Positions 41,457 to 54,611 of a stretch of 64,000 nt of DNA are shown piece after piece (the first letter of the stretch is position 1; each line of letters opens with the position of its first letter). The notes below the pieces were generated by a model. It was not told where the DNA came from, searched no databases, and saw only the letters and a list, made by a program, of their open reading frames with translations. The stretch spans positions 930,001-994,000 of the forward strand of contig OX337233.1 in assembly GCA_946965045.2 (NCBI GenBank), written 5' to 3'. Source of the stretch: Epithemia pelagica (taxonomy: Eukaryota; Protista; Bacillariophyta). The position numbers and the translations under genes were made by a program.

Positions 41457-42371
41457 ATGATTCTGCGAGCGGGTATTCTCCTTGTCCTTTGCGGCAGTGT
41501 TGGCCAAGCCTTTGTGGTTCAAACGGTACAACAACGACCCGAAACCTTTCTCAACAACGCCAATAGCATTCCTTTTGGCGACCGTGCCACTTCCATCGGC
41601 CATGAACGGGCCGTATCAAGCACGACCATGAATTTTCTCGAGGAAGAGTTGGCTCCACCGCTCGAATCCGACATGCAAGTAGCTCTTAACATTGATACCG
41701 TCGAACCAGTCAAGGTACAAGGAGGAGCCTTGCGTACCTGGACGACACAAGCACCCGAAGTCGAGCGCATGCTCTTGTGTATGAATACCGACGGTCCTCC
41801 CGAAGGTACGCCCCTCTTGGCCCTCGTCGAATTGCATCAAGGTCCCGAAAATACGCCCATGAAAATGCAGGTCAAGAGTGGCAAGGGAAATCTACGTCCT
41901 GTCCGTGTAGTCTTGGAGACGCCTGGATCGGGCCATTCTCTCTTTGTTCGCAATTTGGAAGAATTGGAATTTCCCATTTGGGCCAAGGTCAAGGATTGTA
42001 CGGAAGAAGCGGTCGACAAGGCGGTGCATGAAATGGGATCCCCCAAGTTGTTGCAGGGTGGTGGAGCTGTTACATCCTATCCAGTCGACCCCAATGTTTC
42101 CTGCGTCAAGGTTTTGGTCCGTACCGATGGCCGTCCCCTCCATGCTGCTGTCGAATTGGTACAAGGTCCCAATGCGGCTAGGGTGTTGCTGGAAGTCTAC
42201 ACTGAAGATGGCATTGAATGGCCCTTTTATTGCATGATTGATACACCTGGAACGGAAAATACCATTCGAGTTTGGAGTACAGGAACGGTCGAATTTCCAC
42301 TCACTGTCTGCGTCGAACCCTTCTTGGTCGAAGAAAAGGTCAAGAAGGATTCCTACTTTTTGGTCGACTAA
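41457..42371 (+). CDS. Putative plastid-targeted protein of unknown function with two internal repeats (paralog 2)
   Basis: Signal peptide ending GQA|FVV; mature region highly similar to 38915-39859. Confidence 0.87.
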   Translation: MILRAGILLVLCGSVGQAFVVQTVQQRPETFLNNANSIPFGDRATSIGHERAVSSTTMNFLEEELAPPLESDMQVALNIDTVEPVKVQGGALRTWTTQAPEVERMLLCMNTDGPPEGTPLLALVELHQGPENTPMKMQVKSGKGNLRPVRVVLETPGSGHSLFVRNLEELEFPIWAKVKDCTEEAVDKAVHEMGSPKLLQGGGAVTSYPVDPNVSCVKVLVRTDGRPLHAAVELVQGPNAARVLLEVYTEDGIEWPFYCMIDTPGTENTIRVWSTGTVEFPLTVCVEPFLVEEKVKKDSYFLVD

Positions 42372-42781
42372 AAGGACCACTAAGAAGAATGGCTATACAA
42401 CAGTGACAGCAAGCAGAAAATGACCAAGATTTACCCAAACTTGTGACAAACCAATGCAAAGCAAGAGAGGGTGTGGGACGGGGGGAAAAGAGAATAGCGT
42501 GTTTGTATTCTCGGTCCACACTCTCGGTTCATCTATAATAATAAAATTGGTAGTATCGTGTACAAGAAACAACAAAAGAACAACCAAGTCAGCAGCAGTG
42601 TTTCTAAAATAATCATTGTGGTAGTTAGGATAACTCAACGCACAAGTAGCAACCAATCTACACCATTCTTTTGGTTGGTCTCTTGTTCTGCACTGTGACC
42701 AGTTTATGGTCCACGACAAGTTCTTTCACGACTCTATGGTGTGCTCAAAAACAGTTTCTTCCATTCGTGGGTGATCTGGTC

Positions 42782-45430
42782 CTAGTTGTTGGAAGGTATC
42801 GAGTCGGAACCTTGAGACGACACTAACGGTTGGCTCGTTGGTCGTGAGACCAATTCAAATTGTGCTCCAATGGCCAAATGATCACTAGGATACCTCAAGC
42901 CAGGTAATTTTGTAGCCTCCAATTCACTGCCCTTGGGGATGGACAAGGTGGCCTGGCATACAAGTTGGTGGTGGTTCCCCACCGGAGACGACGACGACAT
43001 GGAAGGGCATTCAGTGGTACTCGACGAAACCTCCTCTTTCTTGACAGACGGTGTATTGTTTGATGGACTGCCAGAATGATAGAAAATGTAGTCAATGGCT
43101 CGTTGAGTGGTACTGGAACCTCGCATTTTCCATGTCGTGTAGAAACGGTCATCATTCTTTTGGTGTTGCTGGTCCGAAAAGATTTCCGTGTAGGCAGAGT
43201 CAAAGGTTCCAGACGAATGGGTACCGTCCGTGTCATTGGTGTGTCGTCCATGTCGAAGAAGATATCCAATGGCCGATTCATCGTCGTTACCGTCGCCATT
43301 CATGGTGTTGTCGTTTGTGCGAAATACGGGAGGATCGGCGTTGAAATCTCCTGCCAACACGACCGGTAATAACCAAGGAACCTTGCCTCCCTGCAATGGC
43401 TGTCCTCCTTCTGGTGGTGGTGCTTGTTGTTGTTGAGTGGAATAGTAGTAGTCGGTTTGGACCCGTTCAATTTCCTGAATCAACTGTTGTACTTGCGTCA
43501 ACCGAATTGGTTCATGAGCGGAACTGGTTCGGGATGTGGAAGTAGAAGGATTGGGCTCATTCTTCTTGTCATTGTTCCGACATGACGGATGAGGTCGTGC
43601 CGCTTTTAAATGCGTGACAGCCACCAAAATTGGTTGACGAGTCACGAGATGCTGCAAGGTCACCAACAAGCACACTTGAGTCGTACCACGGCCTTGGTAG
43701 GGGATGCGTTGAGGACGACCCAGTAATTCAAAGGTACCCGTATGCCACAAGAGGGCACATCCATCGGAATACCAACCCAAACGGACACCGGGCGATTGAA
43801 CCTTGGGACAAAAAACGCCTTGATAGCCAAACTGTTGGACCAGGAGTGGACCCAAAAAGCCACCGTATCGATCCACTTCTTCCAAGGCCAAAATGTCATA
43901 GGCTGGACGGTAGTCAGTACTGGATGGGTCGAATGGCTGCTGCTGTGGCTGCAAGCCTCCTCCCAGCAAGACTTCCAGCAACCGCCATCGTCGTACATCA
44001 AAGTCCAAGGTCACTTGTGGATAGGGAAGGGACGAAAAGCCACCATAAAAATACGACGATGACGCGTTGGTGGTGGTCGTCATACTTGTGCCATTATTGT
44101 TGATTATCCACGTGGACGAAGGAAAGGGTACCTTGGCATCCGGACCTGCCGACAAGCCTTCAGCCAATGTATTGAATTGCAAGACCGAAAAAGTCGTATT
44201 CGTATTGGCTGTAGGCCCAGTGGGGGAGTTTGAAGAAGAAGGAATGGTTTGGATATTCGCTGTATTTGTCTGTGCTGCTGGTGGTGGTGATTCCGACAAG
44301 GAGGATGGTATGGTTCGGGGCTTCCAATAGCGCGGATACAAGTTTGTATTGATGCTGGCTGGCTTGGTTTGGTGGATACCTTCCTTCTCCATGAGTTGAT
44401 CGTATTGCCATTGTCGAACCTGGCGAATTTTATCCCAGACTTGGGACGATGACTGTATGGATTGGACAGTGGCGTCAATTTGATTTTCCAAACGAATCCA
44501 ACGAGGACGTGATGATGATGCCGTTTGGGATGATACAGACGTTGACATTGTCCACGTGTCATTGGTGTGGAACTGATGGGACGCCGTTTCGGACGATTGG
44601 GACACAGACGGCCAAGATGCGACCGTACCATTGGAGGGGTTGTTGTCTTTATCGTCTTGGTCATTGCGTTCCATGCATTCATACGCCAAGGCCCCCAAAT
44701 CGTCCACGACTGAGCAATAGACATCGTCTTCCAACAAATCTTCATCCAAATAGGCATGTTGTGTTTCAGGAACGGGTAACAAGTCCGGCGTCGAGACTGT
44801 AAATAATGAGGATGACGATAAATTGGTCGAGGCTTGCACCGGTGGGGACGTTTGTGTCTCATAATTTGTATTCATCGTCATGGCCCCGTCATCCAGTGTG
44901 TAGGGGTTGTTGTTGTTGGTTGCGTGGATGCCTTGGTTGGTTTGCGGATTGTTGTTGGAGATTGGTGCAACTGGGGTGCTACAAATGGGTGGCCACGATT
45001 GTGAGGATGGTGGAGTTGATGGAGAGGAGGATACCATGGGTGGTGGAAGAGAGGAGGTGCGATTGGCTCCATCTTGAAACATGGACAAGGAGGAACCATA
45101 CAACCGTGGTTCTGGTGCATGTTGTTGTTGTTGTTGCTGTTCTCGGAAATGAATCTTGGCTCGTCTGCGTCGTTGGGAAAAGGGCTCATGGATCCCTGGG
45201 ATCCACCCAGTGGCATGTTGACGGCCAACACGTGAGTGGCAACTCCCATGTATTCTCCTGCTGGTCCATCCCTTGGGGAATTGCGTCCCCCACGAAACGG
45301 ATGGATTCGTAGTACTTGCTTCGACGCGACTCGAAGGGGTGGTTGCCACCATGGACCAATACAGCAACGAGGCAACCCACCTGCTACCACCCGTCGATGT
45401 GGCACGGTTCGAAGAAGAATCTGGAGTCAT
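42782..45430 (-). CDS. Nocturnin/CCR4-like exonuclease-endonuclease-phosphatase with a long low-complexity N-terminal extension
   Basis: EEP motifs QFNTLAEGL, DILALEEVD, SDGCAL, VAVTHLKA, LAGDFNA, DYIFY and YPSDH. The ORF opens at 45565; the likely ATG is 45430. Confidence 0.87.
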   Translation of the reverse strand: MTPDSSSNRATSTGGSRWVASLLYWSMVATTPSSRVEASTTNPSVSWGTQFPKGWTSRRIHGSCHSRVGRQHATGWIPGIHEPFSQRRRRAKIHFREQQQQQQHAPEPRLYGSSLSMFQDGANRTSSLPPPMVSSSPSTPPSSQSWPPICSTPVAPISNNNPQTNQGIHATNNNNPYTLDDGAMTMNTNYETQTSPPVQASTNLSSSSLFTVSTPDLLPVPETQHAYLDEDLLEDDVYCSVVDDLGALAYECMERNDQDDKDNNPSNGTVASWPSVSQSSETASHQFHTNDTWTMSTSVSSQTASSSRPRWIRLENQIDATVQSIQSSSQVWDKIRQVRQWQYDQLMEKEGIHQTKPASINTNLYPRYWKPRTIPSSLSESPPPAAQTNTANIQTIPSSSNSPTGPTANTNTTFSVLQFNTLAEGLSAGPDAKVPFPSSTWIINNNGTSMTTTTNASSSYFYGGFSSLPYPQVTLDFDVRRWRLLEVLLGGGLQPQQQPFDPSSTDYRPAYDILALEEVDRYGGFLGPLLVQQFGYQGVFCPKVQSPGVRLGWYSDGCALLWHTGTFELLGRPQRIPYQGRGTTQVCLLVTLQHLVTRQPILVAVTHLKAARPHPSCRNNDKKNEPNPSTSTSRTSSAHEPIRLTQVQQLIQEIERVQTDYYYSTQQQQAPPPEGGQPLQGGKVPWLLPVVLAGDFNADPPVFRTNDNTMNGDGNDDESAIGYLLRHGRHTNDTDGTHSSGTFDSAYTEIFSDQQHQKNDDRFYTTWKMRGSSTTQRAIDYIFYHSGSPSNNTPSVKKEEVSSSTTECPSMSSSSPVGNHHQLVCQATLSIPKGSELEATKLPGLRYPSDHLAIGAQFELVSRPTSQPLVSSQGSDSIPSNN

Positions 45431-46222
45431 GGTCCGTGTTACAGTTTCGTCGGTTTTGTTTGAATTGCCAATCGAGGCAAAGTGTGGCCGATTCTCTTCT
45501 CCGAGTACCAGAGAGAAAGATTGACAAAGGAAGCAAGTCTCGTTCCAACGTCTTGTCCAGATCACAGCAACAGACCCAGATTAAAGACAGGGTCTCGCCG
45601 TTCAAGCCTCTCCACTTGTGTCGTGCACAATTCTCACGTTGGTGGTGAAACGATGCGGCTCGTTCCAGCTGCTGTCGTAAATGGATCAGTCGAAGAACGA
45701 CGAGCTCTTGGGAATTGTAAGTTCCTCTCCTCGTCTGGTATATGCTGGTGTTGTTGTTGTTGTCGTATCGTCGTCGTGGTTGTTGTTGTCGCCCATGGAA
45801 CGCGAACACCCCCCCAAAAAGAGAATCCTTTTCCGTGTTGAATCATCGCCCCCCAAATCACCACAAAAGGGGGTCCTGCGCGCGACTGCAGAGAGGGTCA
45901 CGACCCACGCGCGAACAGTCACGAAGGCTCAGAAATGGAGTATTCCCCATCGGTAAATGAAAAAGAAAGCAGTAGTACGGGACTGATAATTGTTTTCATT
46001 TCTACTACCTTTTTAGTCACGACTTTATACTACCGCTAGGAGTAGGAGCACCGTGCGTACCCCAAAATTGGCGTGACCGCGCCCTGGTTTCTCACTCCAA
46101 CAACAAACGAAAAGAAATGGTGCATTGACCGATGAGAGGCGATCCATGTACTCTATAGCAGCATCCCAGGATTAATACCAACCGAACGATTGTAGTCGAG
46201 AACACGACAAGAACCGCGAATC

Positions 46223-49200
46223 ATGGACACTCCGAAAGAGACAACTTCTTCCTCCACACCCTCTGGTTCCTCCTCCTTCCCACCAGAGGAAGAAGAGCAG
46301 GAAGCACTGGTCGCATCGACGCAGACCCCCGCCGAACAAACCGATTCCAAGAAGGACGACAAGGACGAAGACCTGCACTATAGGGATTCGACACAAGGCC
46401 GACGACGACGACGAATCGATTCCAGTGGATATCACCACACGCCCTTGTCACTCGAGGAAGAACCGATTCGGAACGACCCGGAACTGGATGAATTGGAACA
46501 TGTTCTACTGACCCAATCCACACCGTCGCAAGAGGGACAAGAAGGAACCACGACTTGTAACAACAGCGACCAACATCCGTTCGAGACGACTCCTCCATCG
46601 GATTCTACCACGACCACCACAACGACGACTCCAAGAGGATGGAGCTTGTGGTGGAGTCAAGGAATCGCGGTAGGCACAGCCATTGCCCTTCGCAAAGTTC
46701 GAACGCCCCTTTCGACTTGCATGGAAATTTGGACTCCAATTCTGGTCATGGTCGGATTGGTCGCCTCCTTTCAATTGTCGGACAAGTTTGACATGGATGC
46801 CCAACTCTACGATGCTATAGAGTTGGATCTCACGCATTCCCTGGTCAATGCGTCCAGCGGAGCAGGACACTGGGTGTCTCTGGCCAATCATGTCATTCAA
46901 CAACAAAAAAGGCATCCTTCCCTAGCTGGACCCGAAACGTCGTCGTCGTCGTCTTTGGGTTCACAGTCCAACCATTCCAAAAGGCAATTGTGGACGGGGT
47001 TATTAGAAGACGAACTAGAGGAGAAAACAAAAGACGTAGAGGCCAAACAGGAACTAGGATCGTGGTGGTGGCAGTCGATGTTGTTTCAGGGACTGGAGGA
47101 GGAACAAGAGCGATGGGACTCCAAGTCCCAATTCCAGGAAGCACTTTACCAAAAGGACCAGTGGTTGGATTGTCTCCAATTCCTGGACTGTGGAGGATTG
47201 TTGCGAGAACATTTGCTTCACCACTACCATCCCAGTCGCTTCCTGGCAGGTTCTAGTACAACAAGCAAACAACACTCGTCACGACTCTTGCAACATCAGC
47301 CAGGTTCGCATGCATCCCAGGATCCAACAGAGGAGGACATCAACAACAAGGACCATGATCCCAACGACACACAGCAGGACGATCCTTATCGCATGTTGCA
47401 ACAATTGTACCATGAACTACAATCTCTCTTGACCCATCCTTTACCGGCTGCACCGACCTTGCAAGATTACGTCCAACTCAGTCGCAGCTTATCCACCTTG
47501 TTGCAAGTCAAAACGAGCTTGCCCAGAGTCTTTACCGACAGTCGCTTGGGACGACAATGGGGCAATTTGTTAACTTTGGGAACCATTCATGTCGTGGGAG
47601 ACCAAAAACCAAACCATCAAGCATCTCCCTCAACCTTTCCTTCGCCCGTCGTCCAGGCCTTGCTGGATTATTTGTGGACGTACTCCAATGTACCCCTGGA
47701 GATTGTGTACCACAACGACAAGGACGATTCCCACAACAGCACCTCTGCTCCCAGTCCAAGGCCCCTCTCCAACTCCTCTTCGTCGTGGCATTTGCTAGTA
47801 CGCGTCCACCCGACACAGGCCCAAGCCCTACGTTTTATTGATCGAACCCAAGGCACGGAACGCACATGGGCCTTGTTGGATGTCTCGCATATCATGGCAC
47901 CACCACAAACACAAATCTCGGACAGTCCAAAGCAATTGGAATGGAAGTATACCATTCGCATGAATACGACAACCTTGCCCAATACGGCACGCATTACCAA
48001 CTTTGTCAGCATTGGTTTGAATACACGGTATCAACGCTATTTCTTGTCCGGTTATCTCACATGGCAGCGGACCTTGAATGAATTTGCTATGCACTATTAT
48101 CATCAACAATCATCAAATGAAACGACTGCAATCTCCAATGCCATGTGCAGCGCCGACACTGCCAATGGTATTTGGTCCATGCCCATGCCCACCGCGGCCT
48201 ATCATCAAAATGCCTTTTTCTTGGCGGTTGGCTTCTTGTTGGGATTGACCATGGTCATGGCCTATTTGTACCCCATGAGTCGATTGGTCAAGTCCATGGT
48301 GGAAGAAAAGGAACTACGGCTGCGGGAAACCATGCTCATCATGGGACTCTCACCGGCCGTGTATTGGGTGGCCTGGCTCTTGTCTGCCACAATCTTGTTT
48401 GGTCTCATTGGATGGGGCATTGCCACCACTCTTACCACCAACGTCTTGTTTATGTTTTTTGGACAGGACTCCAAAGCCGTCTTGTCCCATTCGTCTCCCG
48501 CTCTGATATTGATATGGGTCTTGTCCTTTTCTACTGCCACGATTGGACTTTGCTTTTGTTTGGCCGCCCTCTTTTCCAAGGCAAAATTGGCAGCCACGGT
48601 GGCACCCATGGCACTCTTCGCCACCCTGCTGCGTAAGTGACAATGAAATGACCCTCCTACATGATTTGGGAGTGACTGACTGGGAGTGTTTGTTGTGTTG
48701 TTCCATTGACTCACTTGTGTTTCTTGGCTCAACCCTTGCTGTGCTCGCCTTTCGCATGACTCGTGTTTGCGACGTTCCCTCTCTTGTTGTTTTGAACTCT
48801 TCTCTCCTCCTCTTCAATGGGCACCACAGCTCGGTACATGTTTTTTGGGTACAACCAATACGAAGCCACCACGGCCAAAAAGGTGGCATCCTTGTTGCCC
48901 GCGACTGCCTTTGCCTTTGGAGCCGACATTGTGGCCGATTACGAATATGCCGAACTGGGTGTGCACGAATGGAATTCCAAGCAAGGGGAGTATTCGTTTC
49001 ACAATTGTATTCAGTTTTTGCTCCTGGATACGGTCCTGTACCTGGCCTTGGCCTGGTATCTGGATCAAGTTGTACCGCGTGATTATGGAGCACCGCAACC
49101 GGTCTGGTTCCTGTGTTTACCCAAATTTTGGAAACAGCAGTGGTCGTCCCTGTGGTCTTGGACCGCTACTATGGATCGGCAAGGACAAGGTCTACAGCGC

Positions 49201-52200
49201 AGTCGTTCGTTGCGGAGATCCAGGAGGCAAGTATCGGAAGAACACGAGGCGTTGGTAGCACCGTCGTCATCACCACCATCGACAAGAGAAACTTCCTCTT
49301 CGTCATCTTCCTCAACTGTCGGAGAGGACGAGGCTGATCACGAACCTGTCTTGGATCGTCAATTGATTCCTGGTATAGTGGCTCGTGATTTGTACAAGGT
49401 TTACGCCGGTAGCCACAAACGTTCCTCGTCATCCAACACTGTAACAGCCGCCGTCAATCATTTGGACTTGACCTTGTATGAGAATCAGATTACGACACTG
49501 TTGGGACACAATGGTATGTGTTACACCAGTACTGTAGTGGGAGGATTATATCTCTTGCTTTTGTTGTTGGCAGGTTGAGTTGCACCGGGATGGACCATCC
49601 CTCTTCGTGACGTTGCACTGTCTCACGGTGTCGTTTTATTCTCTTTGACAGGAGCCGGTAAAACTACAACCATTTCTCTTTTAACAGGTCTCTATCAACC
49701 AACGAGTGGTGACGCTACGATATACGGCCATTCCATTACGGACAATGTGGCGGCGGCCCGACAATCCATTGGTATTTGTCCCCAACAAAATGTCTTGTTT
49801 GATTCCTTGACTGTGCAGGAACACATTTTCTTTTTCCAAAGACTCAAAGGCCTTGTACCCAGCGCCGAGGGAGCCCGTCGTATGGCTCAAGATATTGGAT
49901 TGCAAGACTTTTTGCATGTGGCATCGAGCGCTTTGTCGGGAGGGAACAAGAGGAAACTTTGCGTTTTGGCAGCGCTTAGTGGGAACCCCAAATTCGTGGT
50001 GCTGGATGAGCCGACCAGTGGAATGGTAAGTCGTTGCTCCTTAAGCTTTTCCCACAGTGTTTGTTCCGACTATGGGACTGGACATGAGTCTCACCAGCTG
50101 CGTTCCTCGTTTGGTCGGTCTACCATTGCGCCTTTTTCACTCTTGTCTGTTTTTTGTTTCGCTTGGTTACTGCTCTCCTCGTTAGGACCCTGGTGCGCGC
50201 CGCAAAACCTGGGAAGTCCTTCGAAAACGCCGCCTTGGGCGATCGATCTTGTTGTGCACTCACTTTATGGATGAAGCAGAAATATTATCGGATCGCATTG
50301 CAATTCTTAAAGCGGGACAACTTCGGTGTTCTGGTTCGCCATTGTTTTTGAAGAAGCGATTTGGAGTTGGTTATAATTTGACAGCACTAATGGAACTCGG
50401 GAAACCTCAATCCCCTGTGTTAGATGGCCGTATTCTCGAGGAGGCAAAGGAGGACATTGAAGCTCAGGTAGTGCAAACTCCAAGTCCAGTGATCACGGGA
50501 CAATTGTCAATGGGACAGGCAGCCGAACAGCTACTTTCACTGGCACAGATACATGTACCGCGAGCGGAAATTGAAAGAATAGGCGGAAAGGAGATAACAA
50601 TTCGACTTCCTTCTGACAACGAAGCATCATTTCCGCAACTATTTGACGATCTGCAGACGCAAAGAAGTAATCTGTCTATTGGAGCATTGGGTGTTGAGAA
50701 TGCGTCTTTGGAGGAAGTATTCATTCAACTTGCCGATGAAGAAGCCAACGATACATCCGACAGTACCAACGATGAAGAAGAATGTCACGAAGTTGATCTC
50801 GCACACGCAATAGATTCGGATGAGAGGATCCAGACTTTGGCGACATCCCCAACAACATCTGCAGGCTTTGTAACGCAAATTGGGCTACTTTATTGGAAGC
50901 GTGTAGTCTGTCAGCGCCGCGATCTAAAGGGTCTTTTCTTTGCTGTGGTTGTGCCCGTTTTGTTGGTGGCCCTGGCACTCATCATCTTGACGATTACACC
51001 GCCCGTTGTGGGACCGCCGATTGAGCTGTCTCCGAATTTGTATTCATCGTCAAACGTGGGGAAATCAACCATGACGGATGTTATTGTAGGAGGAGGCATT
51101 TCAGCAAAGCGTCCCACTGACACTGAATCTACGTATAAAGATCTTCATGATTGGTCACTGGATACTTATGACCATCTCAACTTCGATCGACGACAGGAAG
51201 ATATTTCGTCTCATATGGTGTCACTGACACTTCTGGACAGCATCAATGCGCATGATCATTACGAGCGTTATGGAGCGTTGGCCTTGAAAGATAGGTTGAA
51301 CATCAGTATTACTGTTGACTGGTCCATTGTTTATGAAGAAATGAAATATCTTTTCCAGATTTGGAATGGTACCAGCACTAACAGCACTGACCCTGAACCT
51401 GTCGATATCACAGACTCAGTGAAGACATACTTGGCACCAACATTGCACAACATAGACAGTACGGAAGATGGTTTGTTGTTTCATTTTCAGTCAACACCAC
51501 AAGATTTTGATGGATTATGGAAAGTTCTCAAGTTTTCCCAATTGGTGAAAGGGAACGGCGATCCCTCAGCTAATTCAACCACAATGCACGTCGAATCTAT
51601 TGTGTTGTATGAGTCTGAAGGTATCCTCACTGTGTCGAACATGACGGTAAAAAGCGGTTCTTTGGTACTTGCAGACCACAAGACAGTGAACTTGTCCCTT
51701 TTCTCGGACCGGTCAGTGCCATCTGAAAGCATGGCGTACCATTTTCACGTTAATACTCAGACAACTATTCTTCACAATGCTTCTTCTGCGCATGCAGTGG
51801 CTGCGTACTACCAACACTACATGGAATTTCTTTTCAAGAAATGTACTGCCCAATCCTCAAGTCGGTTGGTGGCTGAGAACTACCCACTGCCTCTTACTAC
51901 GCAACAAAGTTTGGAGGTGAAAACTGTGCTCAGTGTTCTAGCATCGATGTTCATTCTCATCCCCTATTGCCTGATACCGGGGTTTTTTGTGGTTTACCTG
52001 GTGAAAGAGAAATCTTCCAAGTCTAAGCACTTGCAGCTTGTCAGTGGCACGGACTTGACGGCCTACTGGATCTCTAGTTATCTGTTCGACGTGTCAAGAT
52101 TCAGCATCTTGACAGTTCTTGTTATGCCTGTGTTTCTACTTTATGGGCAAGATTCTGCCCAGGTTTTTGTCGGTTCTCCGGAGGCTTTCCTATGCACGGC

Positions 52201-54014
52201 GTTGCTGACATTTGGATATGGATTAAGTGTACTTCCCTTTTCATACCTTTTGGCCAGAGGATTCTCGAATCACAGTTCTGCACAAATCGCTGTGATTAGC
52301 TTTGTTTTTCTTACCGGATTTGTTGCGGTGAACGCAATCTATGTCATGAGTTCGGTCGAGACGACTGAAGATCTAGCAGAATTCTTGCGTCCAGTGTTTC
52401 ATTTGTGGCCTCCTTTCAATGTTGGGAGCGGACTCATTGCTATGAGCGCCTCATTTTGGTCTCGTGAGATTTTGTTTCAAGAGACGTATCCCTTAGATTG
52501 GGACGTGGCTGGCAAGCATCTCGCCTTTTTGTACGGTTTGATATTGCCCTACTTTCTTCTCCTTCTATTTGTCGAATTTGCCCACGACGGTGGTGCCGGT
52601 GGCGTAGTTGGCAAGATGCTTCGTCGGCTTAACGAGAACGTGGTAAAGATGATTTTTCGATGTCTCTTTGGAGTTGAATGGACGCAAACAGATGACGGTC
52701 GGTATGTTGGTGAGGATAGAAGAGATACAGACGTGCTTGAAGAAGAGGCATTTGTCCGCGAGAACGGAGCGAGCCTACGAGAATCTACTCCAATCCTCTT
52801 CCAGAATCTATGGAAAATTTACTTACCATCTGTTGGTGTGCTCAGCTCAGGTTTTGATGCCTGTCGACGAGCTTGTTCGAGGCCTGACGGAACGGATGCG
52901 AGACATCGGTCACAGCCAAAACTTGCTGTTAGAGGAATGAGCACCGCTGTTGGACGAGGAGAAATATATGCTTTACTTGGAGCGAATGGGGCCGGTAAGT
53001 GTTGTTGGCGTATGTGGCAAGGGCTGTCTTTTCCCACCCCATTGATGCACATACTCATTGATGGGACATTTTCCCACTTCAGGCAAAAGCACAACATTGG
53101 GAATGCTTACGGGTGATGTCTCCCCAACTCGCGGCAATATCTACGTGGCTGGATATGATGCAACAAGCCGCGAAGATCTCAATGGGGTTACGCAAGCTCG
53201 TCAACATGTTGGTTTTTGTCCACAAGTAGATCCCTTGCTTGATCTCATGTCAGTTCGAGAAACATTAACGCTCTTTGGCCGCTTGAGGGGAATTGGTCCA
53301 GCTGACATCGACAGAGTTGTGGATCAATTACTTCATCGACTCCTGTTGACCCCTCACGTCAATAAGACGTGCGAAAGTTTGTCTGGAGGAAACAAACGAA
53401 AGGTTAGCCTAGGGATAGCGCTCATAGGAGAGCCAGAGGTGCTTCTTATTGACGAGAGTTCCTCTGGACTTGATCCCTTGGCAAAGCGCCGAATGTGGAA
53501 CCTCATTTCGGCTGTCTCCAAGGACAAGACAGTGGTTTTGACAACCCATAGTATGGAAGAAGCGGTAAGTTCATGTCAACGATTGACGCCCCACCGAACA
53601 GTGCATATCTTATTGCTTGCGTAACTCTGATAACAGGAGGCATTATGTACACGAGCTGGAATCATGGCAAAGGGACAACTGCTGTGTCTTGGCTCTGTTC
53701 AGCACCTGAAGACGAAGTACCTGGATGGCTACACAATCGACGTTTTCTGTTCCGCCAACTCTTCCAGCAGTGATTTGGATAATGTGGTGAACGACATTGT
53801 CCGTTCCACACTTCCTGGATCGACCTTGGCCGAGCGCCATGGAAGATTTCTTCGGTTTGACTTTTCCAATATGTCTTGTATCGGGCTTGGGACAACGTTT
53901 CGAAATTTGGAGACACTGAAACAGCAACCGGATAGCATTGTGGAGAGCTATTCCATCGCGCAGTGCTCTTTGGAACAAGTTTTTGTTCAGTTGTCTGATC
54001 GTGTTAGCGGGTAG
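46223..54014 (+). CDS. Full-size ABCA-subfamily ABC transporter, 6 exons (46223-48632, 48830-49513, 49652-50025, 50186-52994, 53083-53564, 53637-54014)
   Basis: Two TMD+NBD halves. Spliced Walker A GHNGAGKTT and GANGAGKSTT, signature LSGGNKRK twice, Walker B VVLDEPTSGMDP and LLIDESSSGLDP. All five GT-AG introns restore the frame. Confidence 0.93.
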
Positions 54015-54611
54015 TACTGGTCGGATTGCAGTCCAACCATTCTGAGGCCTTGCGGTTATGAAATTGATAGCCTGAATTATGGTCGGCCAAGAGAAGAGGA
54101 ACGGAGGCACCACATCTCGAGTTTCAATCGTCTCGTTTCCAGAATACTGCAGACAGTGTTCTCATGCCCTCTTCAGCATTCCATCTCTTTAGGTTGACAT
54201 GTCGTTGATCTCATTTGATACTGACTTTCAGTGGTGGAGTCTCTACTCTCTAGGTTCGCTTTTTCTAATTCTCGTGCAGCATTGCTTCTTCACCATGATT
54301 GCTAGCTTTGGTCTTCATTCCACAGGAGTATTTTTCATTTGCCACTTCGTTCAGGCTTTCTTTATGGAAGCTATGCCGATGCGCGGTCCAAGTCCAAAAG
54401 GACAACAACATCATAATTCAGTCACATGCGAGGGATTCAGATACAGCTCATCATCTCACTCTCAATTTCGTGTCTTTCCGCGATCGACCACCTGCACCGC
54501 CGACAAAGGTGACGTGGGATTGTCAGATGTCGTGCTCTTCAATCCGCAATCCGACGCAAGCTTGAGTCGTATTTGGCCGGATTGTTGTCCGCTGCAGGAG
54601 ACACAAACCAG

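Noticed and set aside
48262-49093. Several 150-250-aa antisense or alternate-frame ORFs over the ABCA gene, and similar ones over the PPR, nocturnin and pol genes
   Set aside because: Overlap well-supported genes and are low-complexity shadows.
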